This document shows, piece after piece, positions 17,405 through 26,269 of a DNA stretch of 64,000 nt. A program made the translations under genes and the position numbers. The notes under the pieces are model-generated. The model saw only the letters and a list, made by a program, of their open reading frames with translations. It made no database searches and had not been told where the DNA came from. Position 1 is the first letter of the stretch; the number at the start of each line of letters is the position of its first letter. Source of the DNA: Bacteroidales bacterium (GTDB lineage Bacteria; Bacteroidota; Bacteroidia; Bacteroidales; VadinHA17); NCBI GenBank assembly GCA_035530515.1, contig DATKUO010000136.1, positions 5,758-69,757 of the forward strand, read 5' to 3'.

Positions 17405-17616
17405 GCTGCATGCAAGGGTATTCTGTTATGGGATTAAACAGAACATGATAAAGTCCGCCCCTTTTCTTCCCTGTGTCCAGCATCAAGTGTCCTTGTGTCT
17501 TGTTCCCTACACCCTGATCCCCCGCCATCAACATACCCCTATCGACACTCCGTCACTAACCACCCACCCCTTAATCAATATTTAACCAATTCCTCTAATA
17601 TTTTGTTTATAAGTTA

Positions 17617-17624
17617 TATATTTG
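17617..17624 (+). promoter_or_regulatory. Bacteroidota -7 promoter box TAnnTTTG
   Basis: tatatttg lies 75 nt upstream of the 17699 start. Confidence 0.35.
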
Positions 17625-17698
17625 TACTAAGTTAAATAATAAAATCATGGTGCAACTTATTTTAGAATAGTCGAGTCATTAATGAAACAGGTGGCAAT

Positions 17699-20530
17699 AT
17701 GAGAAAAATATTATCAATTTTATATTTACTAAGTTTACCTTTGGCATTAAATGCAGCATTGAATGGTGATGGCTTGACGTCAGGTACTGCATATTACGGG
17801 GTAATTAACAGTTCTATTTCATGGACTGCAGGAGGTTACCCTGGTGGAGTGATTTACGTAGGTCAAACTGGTACTGGCCTGAATGATTTAGAAGTTGGAT
17901 CTGGGGGTTCATTAACTATTGGCTCAGGTATCACAATAAAATTCTGCACTACTACTTCTGACCTATTAATTACCGGAACAGGAATCCTTAATGCCTCCGG
18001 GGTTACATTTACGAAGAACTTTCTAGCCAACTGGGGACATATATCCTTTCAGAGTATGACAACCACAAGTCCAGAATATTACCCCTCTGTTATAGACAAT
18101 TGTGTGATTGAGTATGGAAATAGTGGAACAGGTGGGTATGGTGGCGGAATAAACATATCCTTTACTTATGTCACTCTGTCAAATTCTATAATAAGGTATA
18201 ATACCGGTTACATTGGAGGAGGAATTACAATTAATCAAACCTCCTCAGGCTTTAGCCCTACTATAAACAATTGTTTGGTTCATGATAATACAGCAACTTA
18301 TGCAGGTGGAGGTATAATGGTTTGGAACAAGTCCGCTGCAAAGATTATTAACTGCATAGTAAGGAATAACACATGTACAAATACTGCAACCTATGGCGGA
18401 GGTGGCATATTTATTTATACAACCACAGGTGCAGCAAAAATTATAAACTGTACAATAGTAAATAATACAAGTTCTTTTAATGGTGATAATATTCATTTTC
18501 ACCAGGTTTCCGGGCTGAGTAATAATGCAAGTTTAATAAACTGTGTGGTTTGGAGCTCAAATAATAATTCAGTGTACATGCAGGGCACTCCTATAGCTGC
18601 CAACTTTATTAACTCAGCTGTTCAGAGAGTGTATGATGCTTCCTTAAATGAAATAACCATTGAAACAACATTCACAAGCAGTTTTAAGATAAACTCCACA
18701 AATGAAGGGTCAAGTCCAAGTGGTCCATATTTCACCAAAGATGATGGAACAGACTGGACTCTCCAATTTCGTTCACCCTGTCGCGACCTAGGATCAACAC
18801 CCAGTCCAACTGTACCTAACGATTATATCGGAAATCCCCGTATTGGACCTTATGATATCGGCGCTTTTGAAGTGCAATACAGCAGATGGAAAACAACCCC
18901 TACTGGAGATATTGCCACTTGGTCTGATCCACTTAACTGGGAACAAGGAATATATCCTGGAAGTGGAGGAACAGGTGATGTTGTTATCCCTCCTCTTGCT
19001 GGTTCCGCGGTAGCTCCAAATATTTCGGGCACAACAAACATAGCTTCAACCAAATATATGATTCTTGAACCCGGAGCAAAAGCGACATTTGGTACTCTTA
19101 CAAACAACGGAACCCTGAAACTTAATTCCACTTCTGCCGGCGATGCCTCTTTGATAGTTGACACTTATACAAAAGGCGGCGGGGCAACCGAAGAGATCCA
19201 ACTTTACCTTTCAGGTGGAGGGAGTGCTGTTCTTGGAGATTATAAATGGCATTATATATCAACTCCAGTTTCTTCTATCTCCACTGATGTATTTACAGCG
19301 GTTACTTTCGACCTGGCTCAGTTTGTCGAAAGTCGTCCTGCCCTTTCATTATTGCAGGGATGGGTTGCTTTTGATGGTTATGTTTATTCAACAGGAGAAT
19401 ATGAAGAAGAACCTTTCTACTTTCTTACCCCGGGCAAAGGGTATAATTTCTGGGATGGGGTAAATAATACGTTCACGTTTGGGGGGCAACTAAATACAGC
19501 AGATGTCGTTATGCCTATACCTTACAGTAATGAAATCCCAGATAAATTTGGATATAACCTCCTCGGAAACCCGTTTTCTTCAGGTTTGAACTGGGATGAT
19601 ATTGTGGACGGTGTTTACTTTACTTATCCTCCATCTACTAGCAAAGGTTTGTATTTTACAAAAGACAACACCCAGTGTACATATATCGGAGGTGTCGGTA
19701 CACCTGGTGGCACAACTGGTATCATTCCTCCAATGCAGGGATTTTTCACAAAGACATATTCTACCAATACAATTACCCTTCCTGCTGCAGCAAGAACCCA
19801 TGATGCTATTCCAGCAAGGTATAAAGGAAGTACTATAATCCCTCTTGTACGTCTTCTGTTAAAAAGAGACAGCGTAACATCAGATGAGACTGTTGTAAGA
19901 TTTGATGATGCGGCTAAGTCTTACCTCGATAATGATTTCGATGCTCCTAAGATGTTTATTTCAGATACAAGAACGTTAATATGGTCGTCCGGCGATGAAA
20001 CCAATTATGCCATAAATGGACTGCCATTCCCGGAAACACTTGTGGAAATACCAATCACAATTAATGTAACTAAAGATACAATACATACTATTTCTTCTAC
20101 CCAGCTACAGGGGCTGGATGATTATGATGTTACTCTCAGAGACAACTTAACCGGCTTACCACCAACTGACCTTAAAACAACACCTGTTATAACTTTTACT
20201 TCAGGTTTAGGTACAATAACCGACAGGTTTGTACTTAATATCAGCACATTAACCACCGGAACTGAATCTCCTGTTCATAAAAATAATATTTTCAATATAT
20301 TTACCGGTAACGGTCTTATTAACATCCAGACTATTGCAGATGATTGGGAAGGAAAAACAGGCTCTGTCAGGGTACTTGATCTTACAGGAAAAACTGTCTC
20401 CAACCTCCTGAATGCTGAGTTCCAAAAGAATTCTCTGACACAGGTTCAGGCTCCATCTGCAAAAGGATTGTATGTTGTAGAGATAAGAGCAGGGTTTATG
20501 AGATATGTGGGTAAGGTGGTAATAAAATAG
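17699..20530 (+). CDS. Secreted right-handed beta-helix protein with T9SS C-terminal sorting domain
   Basis: 943 aa with a signal peptide and repeated N.....GGG/NNT beta-helix rungs (res ~150-300). The C-terminal ~80 aa end ...GLYVVEIRAGFMRYVGKVVIK, typical of Por/T9SS CTDs. Confidence 0.75.
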   Translation: MRKILSILYLLSLPLALNAALNGDGLTSGTAYYGVINSSISWTAGGYPGGVIYVGQTGTGLNDLEVGSGGSLTIGSGITIKFCTTTSDLLITGTGILNASGVTFTKNFLANWGHISFQSMTTTSPEYYPSVIDNCVIEYGNSGTGGYGGGINISFTYVTLSNSIIRYNTGYIGGGITINQTSSGFSPTINNCLVHDNTATYAGGGIMVWNKSAAKIINCIVRNNTCTNTATYGGGGIFIYTTTGAAKIINCTIVNNTSSFNGDNIHFHQVSGLSNNASLINCVVWSSNNNSVYMQGTPIAANFINSAVQRVYDASLNEITIETTFTSSFKINSTNEGSSPSGPYFTKDDGTDWTLQFRSPCRDLGSTPSPTVPNDYIGNPRIGPYDIGAFEVQYSRWKTTPTGDIATWSDPLNWEQGIYPGSGGTGDVVIPPLAGSAVAPNISGTTNIASTKYMILEPGAKATFGTLTNNGTLKLNSTSAGDASLIVDTYTKGGGATEEIQLYLSGGGSAVLGDYKWHYISTPVSSISTDVFTAVTFDLAQFVESRPALSLLQGWVAFDGYVYSTGEYEEEPFYFLTPGKGYNFWDGVNNTFTFGGQLNTADVVMPIPYSNEIPDKFGYNLLGNPFSSGLNWDDIVDGVYFTYPPSTSKGLYFTKDNTQCTYIGGVGTPGGTTGIIPPMQGFFTKTYSTNTITLPAAARTHDAIPARYKGSTIIPLVRLLLKRDSVTSDETVVRFDDAAKSYLDNDFDAPKMFISDTRTLIWSSGDETNYAINGLPFPETLVEIPITINVTKDTIHTISSTQLQGLDDYDVTLRDNLTGLPPTDLKTTPVITFTSGLGTITDRFVLNISTLTTGTESPVHKNNIFNIFTGNGLINIQTIADDWEGKTGSVRVLDLTGKTVSNLLNAEFQKNSLTQVQAPSAKGLYVVEIRAGFMRYVGKVVIK

Positions 20531-20649
20531 GTGCAAGGGCACAAAGGCACAAAGGCATAACGGCTTTGAAAATTGTATATACACCCAGACCGTTGAGCCA
20601 TTGAGCTGTTGAGCCATTTATTAATATTTGTTAATTAATTTTTAAAAAG

Positions 20650-20657
20650 TATTTTTG
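20650..20657 (+). promoter_or_regulatory. Bacteroidota -7 promoter box TAnnTTTG for the small peptide gene
   Basis: tatttttg lies 39 nt upstream of the ATG at 20696. Confidence 0.45.
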
Positions 20658-20695
20658 TATCTTGATTGAAAATTATCTTCCTGCGCTTGAAGAGT

Positions 20696-20878
20696 ATGTA
20701 TAATAAAATATCATCCAAAAAATCATACATCAAACCTGAAGTTACCAGAGTTATTCTGGATAACTCAATTTCTTTGGTTATGATGACCGACATGCCCCCA
20801 AACCCGGTCCCCAGAGGCGATGGCAGCAAGAGTGCGGATCCTTTTGCCAGTCCGTTCGGGGATAAGCCGTTTGGGTAG
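20696..20878 (+). CDS. 60-aa peptide of unknown family (MYNKISSKKSYIKPEVTRVILDNSISLVMMTDMPPNPVPRGDGSKSADPFASPFGDKPFG)
   Basis: It has its own promoter box and a downstream hairpin. The start is set at the first ATG, whereas the track uses the upstream TTG at 20666. The C-terminal coding sequence recurs as remnants at 24956-24973 and 29485-29541. Confidence 0.5.
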   Translation: MYNKISSKKSYIKPEVTRVILDNSISLVMMTDMPPNPVPRGDGSKSADPFASPFGDKPFG

Positions 20879-21100
20879 GCAAAAGTTCAGGAAGTACTGT
20901 AAGTAATTAAATGAGTCTCTGTGAGGGGGCTCTTTCTTTATAAAAAGGTTGAAGGGAGTTGAAGGGTGTTTAAGAGGGTTGAGGTTCTTACCTGTTCGGT
21001 ATTTCAACTTCTTCAACCTTGTTCAACCTTCTTCAACATTTATTATGCTGTAAGCCGCAGGACCGAAAGACTGCATGGACCGCACGACCGAATGCCAGGG
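20879..21100 (+). repeat. R element copy 1, full context directly after the peptide gene
   Basis: It has a hairpin GAGTC..GGCTC (20913-20932) and a T/A run. A word hairpin follows, ggttgaagg words at 20947-20984 against ccttcaac words at 21004-21037. The tail is gaccg/gcatg words. Confidence 0.7.
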
Positions 21101-21130
21101 TCGGTAACAAAGCAACAGCAGTGAGTAATC

Positions 21131-21340
21131 CTAATCTATTAATTCAAACTGGTTCTTTACTTTAATATACCTGTTTGGTTTTACCGATTGTGGATATTCT
21201 ATTTTACTATAATCCTTATCAACAAATTCAATTATGGCACCATCAGATATACTTTCCATAATAGAAGGGTCGCGTGATATCTGTATGAGAAAATCAAATG
21301 TCAACCCAATATTTCTTTCTGTATATTCTTTATTATTCAT
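21131..21340 (-). CDS. Small protein, second gene of a 2-gene TA-like pair (family not assigned)
   Basis: 69 aa. It has a 4-nt overlap with the upstream 121-aa ORF. Confidence 0.4.
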   Translation of the reverse strand: MNNKEYTERNIGLTFDFLIQISRDPSIMESISDGAIIEFVDKDYSKIEYPQSVKPNRYIKVKNQFELID

Positions 21341-21702
21341 TTTCGCTTCTTCTTTAAATATTTCTCTTTATAAAACTCCCATCTATCCTTTAAATCCTGC
21401 TCTGCGTATAACAATGCATCTTCTATATTGTCGATCCCAATTGCTTTTTTTTCTTTTGAACCATTCGGATTCAGAACATCCCGATGAAAAAATCCGTGAG
21501 CACAATCATATCTTACAATCGCCACCCATTCACCAATCAATAATGTTTCGTACTGTACAACAATATCAGACACTCTTCCCTTTTCGATCGTGATTCTAAT
21601 TCTAAGTCGTTCATTATTTTGTTTATTTATAAACTTAAGAAATTCCTTTTCCACAGCTATCCGGTTAATCAGAAGAGAAAGTGTTTTTACAAAAGTAATC
21701 AA
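21337..21702 (-). CDS. Small protein with RYDxAHG..H motif (TumE/DUF6516-like?), first gene of a TA-like pair
   Basis: 121 aa with VAIVRYDCAHGFFHRDVLNP. There is no ATG, so the start is TTG and therefore uncertain. Confidence 0.35.
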   Translation of the reverse strand: MITFVKTLSLLINRIAVEKEFLKFINKQNNERLRIRITIEKGRVSDIVVQYETLLIGEWVAIVRYDCAHGFFHRDVLNPNGSKEKKAIGIDNIEDALLYAEQDLKDRWEFYKEKYLKKKRK

Positions 21703-21787
21703 TTTTGCAAATCAACCATTAATAACAGAAAATTTTGCCTTACACAAAACACGAATTAACTAGCAACTAATTTACATAATTCAGGAA

Positions 21788-21858
21788 AATCAGAGCCGGG
21801 AGGGGGCTCTTTTTGTTTTAGAACGGGCGCGGGGCGCACGGTGTGCGGTACGAGGGGA
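21788..21858 (+). repeat. R element copy 2 (short)
   Basis: aatcAGAGCCgggagggGGCTCTttttgtttta is followed by gggcgcggggcgcacggtgtgcggtacgagg words. Confidence 0.65.
21792..21819 (+). terminator. Hairpin plus T-run (R element core)
   Basis: The stem is AGAGCC/GGCTCT (6 bp, perfect), the loop is gggaggg, and ttttgtttt follows. Confidence 0.5.
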
Positions 21859-21942
21859 GTAGTATTTTGAATTTTCTTAAATAAACTCATTCTGGTTTAA
21901 TCCCGATTGTCTGATTATTGAACGAAAAGTACCTATAGAAAT

Positions 21943-22175
21943 TTCCGGGCAAAAACGTAAACTTAATAGAATCAGAGTCAGGGAGAGGGCTCTTTTTTTT
22001 TAAAAAATGGCGTCGGGCGTCAGGTATCGGGCATCTGGCACCATAAAAATAAATTCCTGACTCTTGAAACCAAGGGCATATATAATATAGTTCTTTCTGA
22101 TGCCTGATGCCTGATAGGCAAGGGCATGACCAGAAGACTGCACGACAGCATGACAGCGCGAAGTGCAAGACCCCA
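21943..22175 (+). repeat. R element copy 3 (long)
   Basis: A degraded peptide-3' remnant (ttccgggcaaaaacgtaaactt) comes first. Then follow the hairpin, T10/A6, and a word hairpin (22009-22042 against 22097-116). The tail is ggcaagggcatgacc...gcaagacc. Confidence 0.75.
21974..22001 (+). terminator. Hairpin plus T-run (R element core)
   Basis: The stem is AGAGTC/GGCTCT (one G-U), the loop is agggagag, and 10 T follow. Confidence 0.5.
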
Positions 22176-22237
22176 GGGCAGCAGGACAGTCTCATAAATG
22201 AACAATAGCCGCTTTTCAATATTTTTAAAAATAATTG

Positions 22238-22245
22238 TATATTTG
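22238..22245 (+). promoter_or_regulatory. Bacteroidota -7 promoter box
   Basis: tatatttg lies 22 nt upstream of the ATG at 22267. Confidence 0.45.
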
Positions 22246-22266
22246 ACTATAATTCAGATTGCCAAA

Positions 22267-22572
22267 ATGAATGAGATTCTGATAAACCGGTTAAACGATT
22301 TAAAGAGACTTTGTGAAATATACAAAGTCAGAACAATGTATGCTTTTGGTTCAGTCTGTACTGATAAATTCAATGAGAACAGCGATATTGACTTTTTGAT
22401 TTCTTTTGACAACCTCTCATTAGACCAATACACTGACAATTATTTTAATTTACATTACGAATTGCAGGATTTATTTGATCGTCGAATTGATTTGCTCACC
22501 GAAAACTCTCTTTCAAACCCCTTCTTTATCAAGGGTATTAATCAAACAAAACAGTTGATTTATGCAGCTTGA
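22267..22572 (+). CDS. mntA: MNT-type nucleotidyltransferase antitoxin (MntA-like)
   Basis: The GS..x..SD.D motif is present (AFGSVCTDKFNENSDIDFLI). The start is moved to the ATG at 22267, after the promoter box. Confidence 0.75.
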   Translation: MNEILINRLNDLKRLCEIYKVRTMYAFGSVCTDKFNENSDIDFLISFDNLSLDQYTDNYFNLHYELQDLFDRRIDLLTENSLSNPFFIKGINQTKQLIYAA

Positions 22573-22903
22573 AATACAAAAGCATCTGTTTGATATTAAA
22601 ACTTCAATAGATTCAATTAATGATTATCTTGGAGAGAATAGAGACTTTAACGAATATAAAATCAATAAACTATTAAAGCGAGCCATAGAGCGTGAATTAG
22701 AAATTATTGGAGAAGCAGCCGGACGTATCTTAAAAATAGATTCCAATTTCCCGATTGAAAATGCAAGAAAGATAGTTGATTTGCGAAATTGGGTAATTCA
22801 TGGTTACGACATAATTGATGATGTAATAATTTGGGGTATAATCTCTAAACAACTTCCGATTCTAAAAAATCAGGTTGAGATTTTATTAAAGGATGAAATA
22901 TAA
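22562..22903 (+). CDS. hepT: HepT/DUF86 HEPN-domain RNase toxin
   Basis: 113 aa with the Rx4HxY HEPN motif (RNWVIHGY). It overlaps the MNT gene by 11 nt. Confidence 0.75.
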   Translation: MQLEIQKHLFDIKTSIDSINDYLGENRDFNEYKINKLLKRAIERELEIIGEAAGRILKIDSNFPIENARKIVDLRNWVIHGYDIIDDVIIWGIISKQLPILKNQVEILLKDEI

Positions 22904-23018
22904 TAAGAGTCCTGGAGAGGGCTCTTTTTTTTTGGAAACGGGCGTACGGCGTGAGGCGCATGGTAATTTTAAATCGCCCCGAACCGCATGCCGCAAGCCG
23001 CATCCCCCACTGCAAGAC
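22904..23018 (+). repeat. R element copy 4
   Basis: It starts right after the hepT stop. The hairpin and T9 are followed by ggaaacgggcgtacggcgtgaggcgcatgg words and the tail ...ctgcaagac. Confidence 0.65.
22906..22933 (+). terminator. Hairpin plus T-run directly after hepT
   Basis: The stem is AGAGTC/GGCTCT (one G-U), the loop is ctggagag, and 9 T follow. Confidence 0.6.
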
Positions 23019-23031
23019 AGCTTTGTTCAGG

Positions 23032-23295
23032 TTAACAGCAATGCTCAAGTAAATTACCGGTATAAAGGCTATAAACCGGAAATATTAAATCCCAATTGCG
23101 ACCCCAAACCAAATTACCATTTTCGATTTTGAATTTTTTAAAATGGTTTATGTTATTGTACTTATCCCATTGCGGATGGGGATTTTCTTTTAAAAACGGT
23201 CCAAAATCTATAACCCTGAAAGTATTGTCGGAAAACTCTATTCTAACCTTGTAAGACTTAATGTGAGTAGCTCGGATAACTATAATCGTATTCAT
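23032..23295 (-). CDS. DUF2442-family small protein
   Basis: 87 aa: I..A.....Y.V.IEFSDN..RVIDF..FL. It is translationally coupled (ATGA) to the upstream DUF4160 gene. Confidence 0.6.
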   Translation of the reverse strand: MNTIIVIRATHIKSYKVRIEFSDNTFRVIDFGPFLKENPHPQWDKYNNINHFKKFKIENGNLVWGRNWDLIFPVYSLYTGNLLEHCC

Positions 23296-23599
23296 GGTTT
23301 TACTTTCTTTGTGATTTTTTCACTTTTGACTTTTTGCTTATAAACATAAAACTGAAGCCACTTGGTTACAATATGGTTGTGATACACTTTAAGAAAATTA
23401 ATGATATCCTGATGTTTATTGTCTGGTATTGGTTGTCGGCCTTTAACATTGGCAAATTCTAATGATATTAAAGCCCCATTGTCATAAATGAAAGTAACCT
23501 TGCTTTCATACTCGCCATACTGAACATGTACAGAATAGGTTCATGGTCATTGGCATAAAAGAGAAATATAAATCCAAAATACTCGTATATTTTTGGCAT
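23292..23599 (-). pseudogene. DUF4160-family gene with a frameshift
   Basis: MPKIYEYFGFIFLFYANDHEP continues only in another frame as ..VHVQYGEYESKVTFIYDNGALISLEFANVKGRQPIP... The length is 308 nt, which is not a multiple of 3. Confidence 0.6.
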
Positions 23600-23942
23600 G
23601 AGCTATAATTTTAAACAATCCTATTACCTAATATTCCTGTAAAAATTGGACTTAGCCTAATCGATCGGAAGCCTATTGTTGCAATAGCAAAGATAAAATT
23701 TATTTTTAAATAAGATTTTTGGAGAATTTTCTAATACGTACCGTAAAATAGCCAATTTGCCTGATGGCGGATGCGAGCTTATCCAATAAATCGGGATTCG
23801 GTTGGCTACACCGAGTTCACTTCGTTCGGTTTTTGTGTTAAGACAAGAAAGTGACTGGGGTGCAGGGCAGCGCCTCTTCAAAACGCTATGAAGGGAGGCG
23901 GGCTGCGTGAGGCGTCAGGCGTGGGGCGTCACATGTCATTGA

Positions 23943-24623
23943 CTAGCTCTCAAACAGAGAATTTTGTCCTCCTGTTAATAAATCAGATATTAATAATCGA
24001 AGTCGATTTTCAAATAAACCAATATCATGTCGGGTATCTACCCAGTGTATTTCTTCTAACTTATCTGAAGGAAAGCCATCAAGTATTTTTGATGCTTCTA
24101 TCGCGTTAATCCACAAATCCTTTTCTGCTGCTTCTTTCATAATTTCAGTCCAGCTAAAACTATAATTTAATGCAATATAAACTATGTCAACCACATCTTT
24201 AGCCGAATGCCGGCTTAATGCAGTAAGTTTATTAGACAGAATATTTGTAATTATATCTGTTTTGCTGAATAACGTGGTAAATATTGGAATTCCTGTCCGG
24301 TAGGGAATATCATTTACGAAATCTATTTTTAAAATACCTTCATTTTGATAAACGAATACCCTGGAAAAGCTATCGCTGGTAGCAGCAATTTCGATCTTTA
24401 TCTTTTCTTCTTTAATTGAATTGATAATTAATTCAACCTGATGTTCAAACCCGGAATTTTGATTTACAAAAAAATCTAAATAATCAGAGTACCGGTGATT
24501 TAAATATGCTCTGCTAAGAGTTGTTCCTCCGGTGAGATAAAAATCAACCGGAAGTTTTTCCATAATACGCAATACTTTATCCTGAATAGGGTATAGTATA
24601 TTTTGATAATAACTCTTTTGCAT
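23943..24623 (-). CDS. AbiEii/AbiGii-family nucleotidyltransferase toxin (DUF1814), short form
   Basis: 226 aa with FYLTGGTTLSRAYLNHRYSDYLDFF. Confidence 0.65.
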   Translation of the reverse strand: MQKSYYQNILYPIQDKVLRIMEKLPVDFYLTGGTTLSRAYLNHRYSDYLDFFVNQNSGFEHQVELIINSIKEEKIKIEIAATSDSFSRVFVYQNEGILKIDFVNDIPYRTGIPIFTTLFSKTDIITNILSNKLTALSRHSAKDVVDIVYIALNYSFSWTEIMKEAAEKDLWINAIEASKILDGFPSDKLEEIHWVDTRHDIGLFENRLRLLISDLLTGGQNSLFES

Positions 24624-24885
24624 CTTTATAATATGTTTGTCGCTGTTGAGGATAAAGTTTGCTGATTACGCTTTCTGAAAGCAGTAATGACAAATTATTA
24701 TAACCAAGAATCTCTATCAAATCATACCAGTTAAGGCTATTGAGCCCTCTGATCAATATCTGTTCGTCCTGAAATGCTTTATATGGATTTTTCATTATTT
24801 GTCTTATAAGTACCTGACGTTTTTCTGCCGGCAAATCCCAAAGCATTCCATTTAACTTTATTTCAATTGACTTTTCCATACTCAT
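24577..24885 (-). CDS. Small protein upstream of the AbiEii-like gene (putative antitoxin)
   Basis: 102 aa. It overlaps the downstream NTase ORF. The family was not recognised with confidence. Confidence 0.4.
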   Translation of the reverse strand: MSMEKSIEIKLNGMLWDLPAEKRQVLIRQIMKNPYKAFQDEQILIRGLNSLNWYDLIEILGYNNLSLLLSESVISKLYPQQRQTYYKDAKELLSKYTIPYSG

Positions 24886-24955
24886 GAATTATACAAAAGT
24901 ATGAATTTTTATATTACCCCTGTTATTATCAGAAAATTCTGATGGTAAAAGAAAT

Positions 24956-25095
24956 CTGAGTCCGTTCGGGTAAGAACATGAATTCGGGGATGTGAAGCAC
25001 TGGAGAGGGAGCTTTCTTGTTTAAAAAAATGGCGCCGGGCGTCAGACTATTTCACAGGGCAGGGCGTGTGGTTTGGTCGCCCCGCTTCGGCGGGA
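24956..25095 (+). repeat. R element copy 5
   Basis: The peptide-3' remnant ctgagtccgttcgggtaa (= ..SPFG*) comes first. A weak hairpin, tttcttgtttaaaaaaatggcgccgggcgtcag and ctatttcacagggcagggcgtgtggt follow. Confidence 0.6.
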
Positions 25096-25100
25096 ACCTT

Positions 25101-26140
25101 TTAGTAAAGAAACCCAAACATCCATAACGGAATTACATTTCCGTTTCCGAACTCTACGCTGTCTGATGCTATATAACGGTTGTCATATTTACTGCCTCTG
25201 GTTTTCTTTTCACCATTATTTTCATTTTCGACAACAAGTAATATTCCGTTATCAGTCAGGAGAGATCCATTAACAGGTATAGTCATCTTGTGGCTGTACG
25301 CAAGCTGATTTGCCAGAAAAGTCTCATTCACATTAATCCTGGAGGGATGTTTGCTTCCAATTGCAAATGGGATGTTTGTATTTTCAAGAAAGATTTTTGC
25401 AGGTTTTTGCATGCGGGAAATGCCATGGGCTTCGTGGTAGAGGTTCCTGATAAGCCCTGCATCGGCAAGGAACCCGAGATAGCTTATAATTGTATTACGT
25501 TCTAAATCCATAAGTCTGCTGAGCATTTTTATATTTGGAATGAATGGGGATTCCTCCGCAATGGCAAGGAGCATCTGTTTTATCTTATAACATTTCGCGA
25601 CATCAAATTTGCGCAGCAGGGGAAGTTCCGTATCGATAATTGTGTTAATGACCTCACTCAGCCGTATATAATATAGCTCTGGCACCTCTTTAAAAAACGG
25701 ATAGTAACCTGATCTGAGGTATCTTGAAAAATGTTGCAAGGGTTTCAGCTGAGCGGTAACGTCGCGCGAGATCCTGTGAAGATGATTTTAAGTGCCGGGA
25801 AATCGTCGTAGATATTTTTTATCTCCTGCGACCAATAGGGGTATTTGTGGACCTCATCAAGGAAAAGGATCTTCCCGCCCTGTTTTACGAACCTGTCAGT
25901 AAGGTCGGATAGTTTATTGCCTGAGAACCAAATATCATCAAGGCTTACATAAAGTACTGAAGGATCTGTTTCATAGTGTTTTTTGATATACTGAAGCATC
26001 AGAGTAGTTTTCCCTACACCACGGGCTCCCTTTATTCCGATGAGCCTTGCCTTCCAATTGATCTCATCAATGATCGTCCTGGTGAATCCGAGAGAAACGG
26101 GGATCAGCTTATTCCTGAATTTTTCAAAAATTCTTTCCAT
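25101..26140 (-). pseudogene. AAA ATPase (AAA_14/DUF4143-type, ATPase 2) disrupted by frameshifts and an internal deletion
   Basis: The N-terminal ORF (Walker A GARGVGKTT, Walker B LFLDEVH) ends ..IIFTGSRATLPLS*. DLARR is in a second frame and LKPLQHFSRYLRSGYYPFFKE in a third. The roughly 70 aa normally found between DLSRR and GYYPFF are missing. Confidence 0.65.
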
Positions 26141-26269
26141 TTTGCTTATTCATTTAAGCAAATATACTTATTTTTTGCTTATTCTACAAAGCATTTTAAT
26201 ATTTTCATGCCTCTTTTGTTAAAATATCTAACACATATTGATTATTATGTTAAGCAATTAAAATTATTT

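Noticed and set aside
21887-22219. 110-aa Cys-rich ORF (and the 22020-22205 ORF)
   Set aside because: It is the translation of R element copy 3 (word repeats and hairpin). The composition is driven by repeats and no coding signature is present.
22198-22266. Upstream extension of the MNT antitoxin ORF (track start 22198)
   Set aside because: The extension would include the TAnnTTTG promoter box (22238-22245). The conserved protein begins at MNEILINRL (ATG at 22267).
23640-23942. 300-nt gene-free stretch with a small hairpin plus T-run (ACCGA..TCGGTttttt near 23806-23832), considered as an sRNA or tRNA-like gene
   Set aside because: No tRNA T-loop or anticodon architecture and no known ncRNA signature was recognised. 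The stem is only 5 bp. It is left unannotated.
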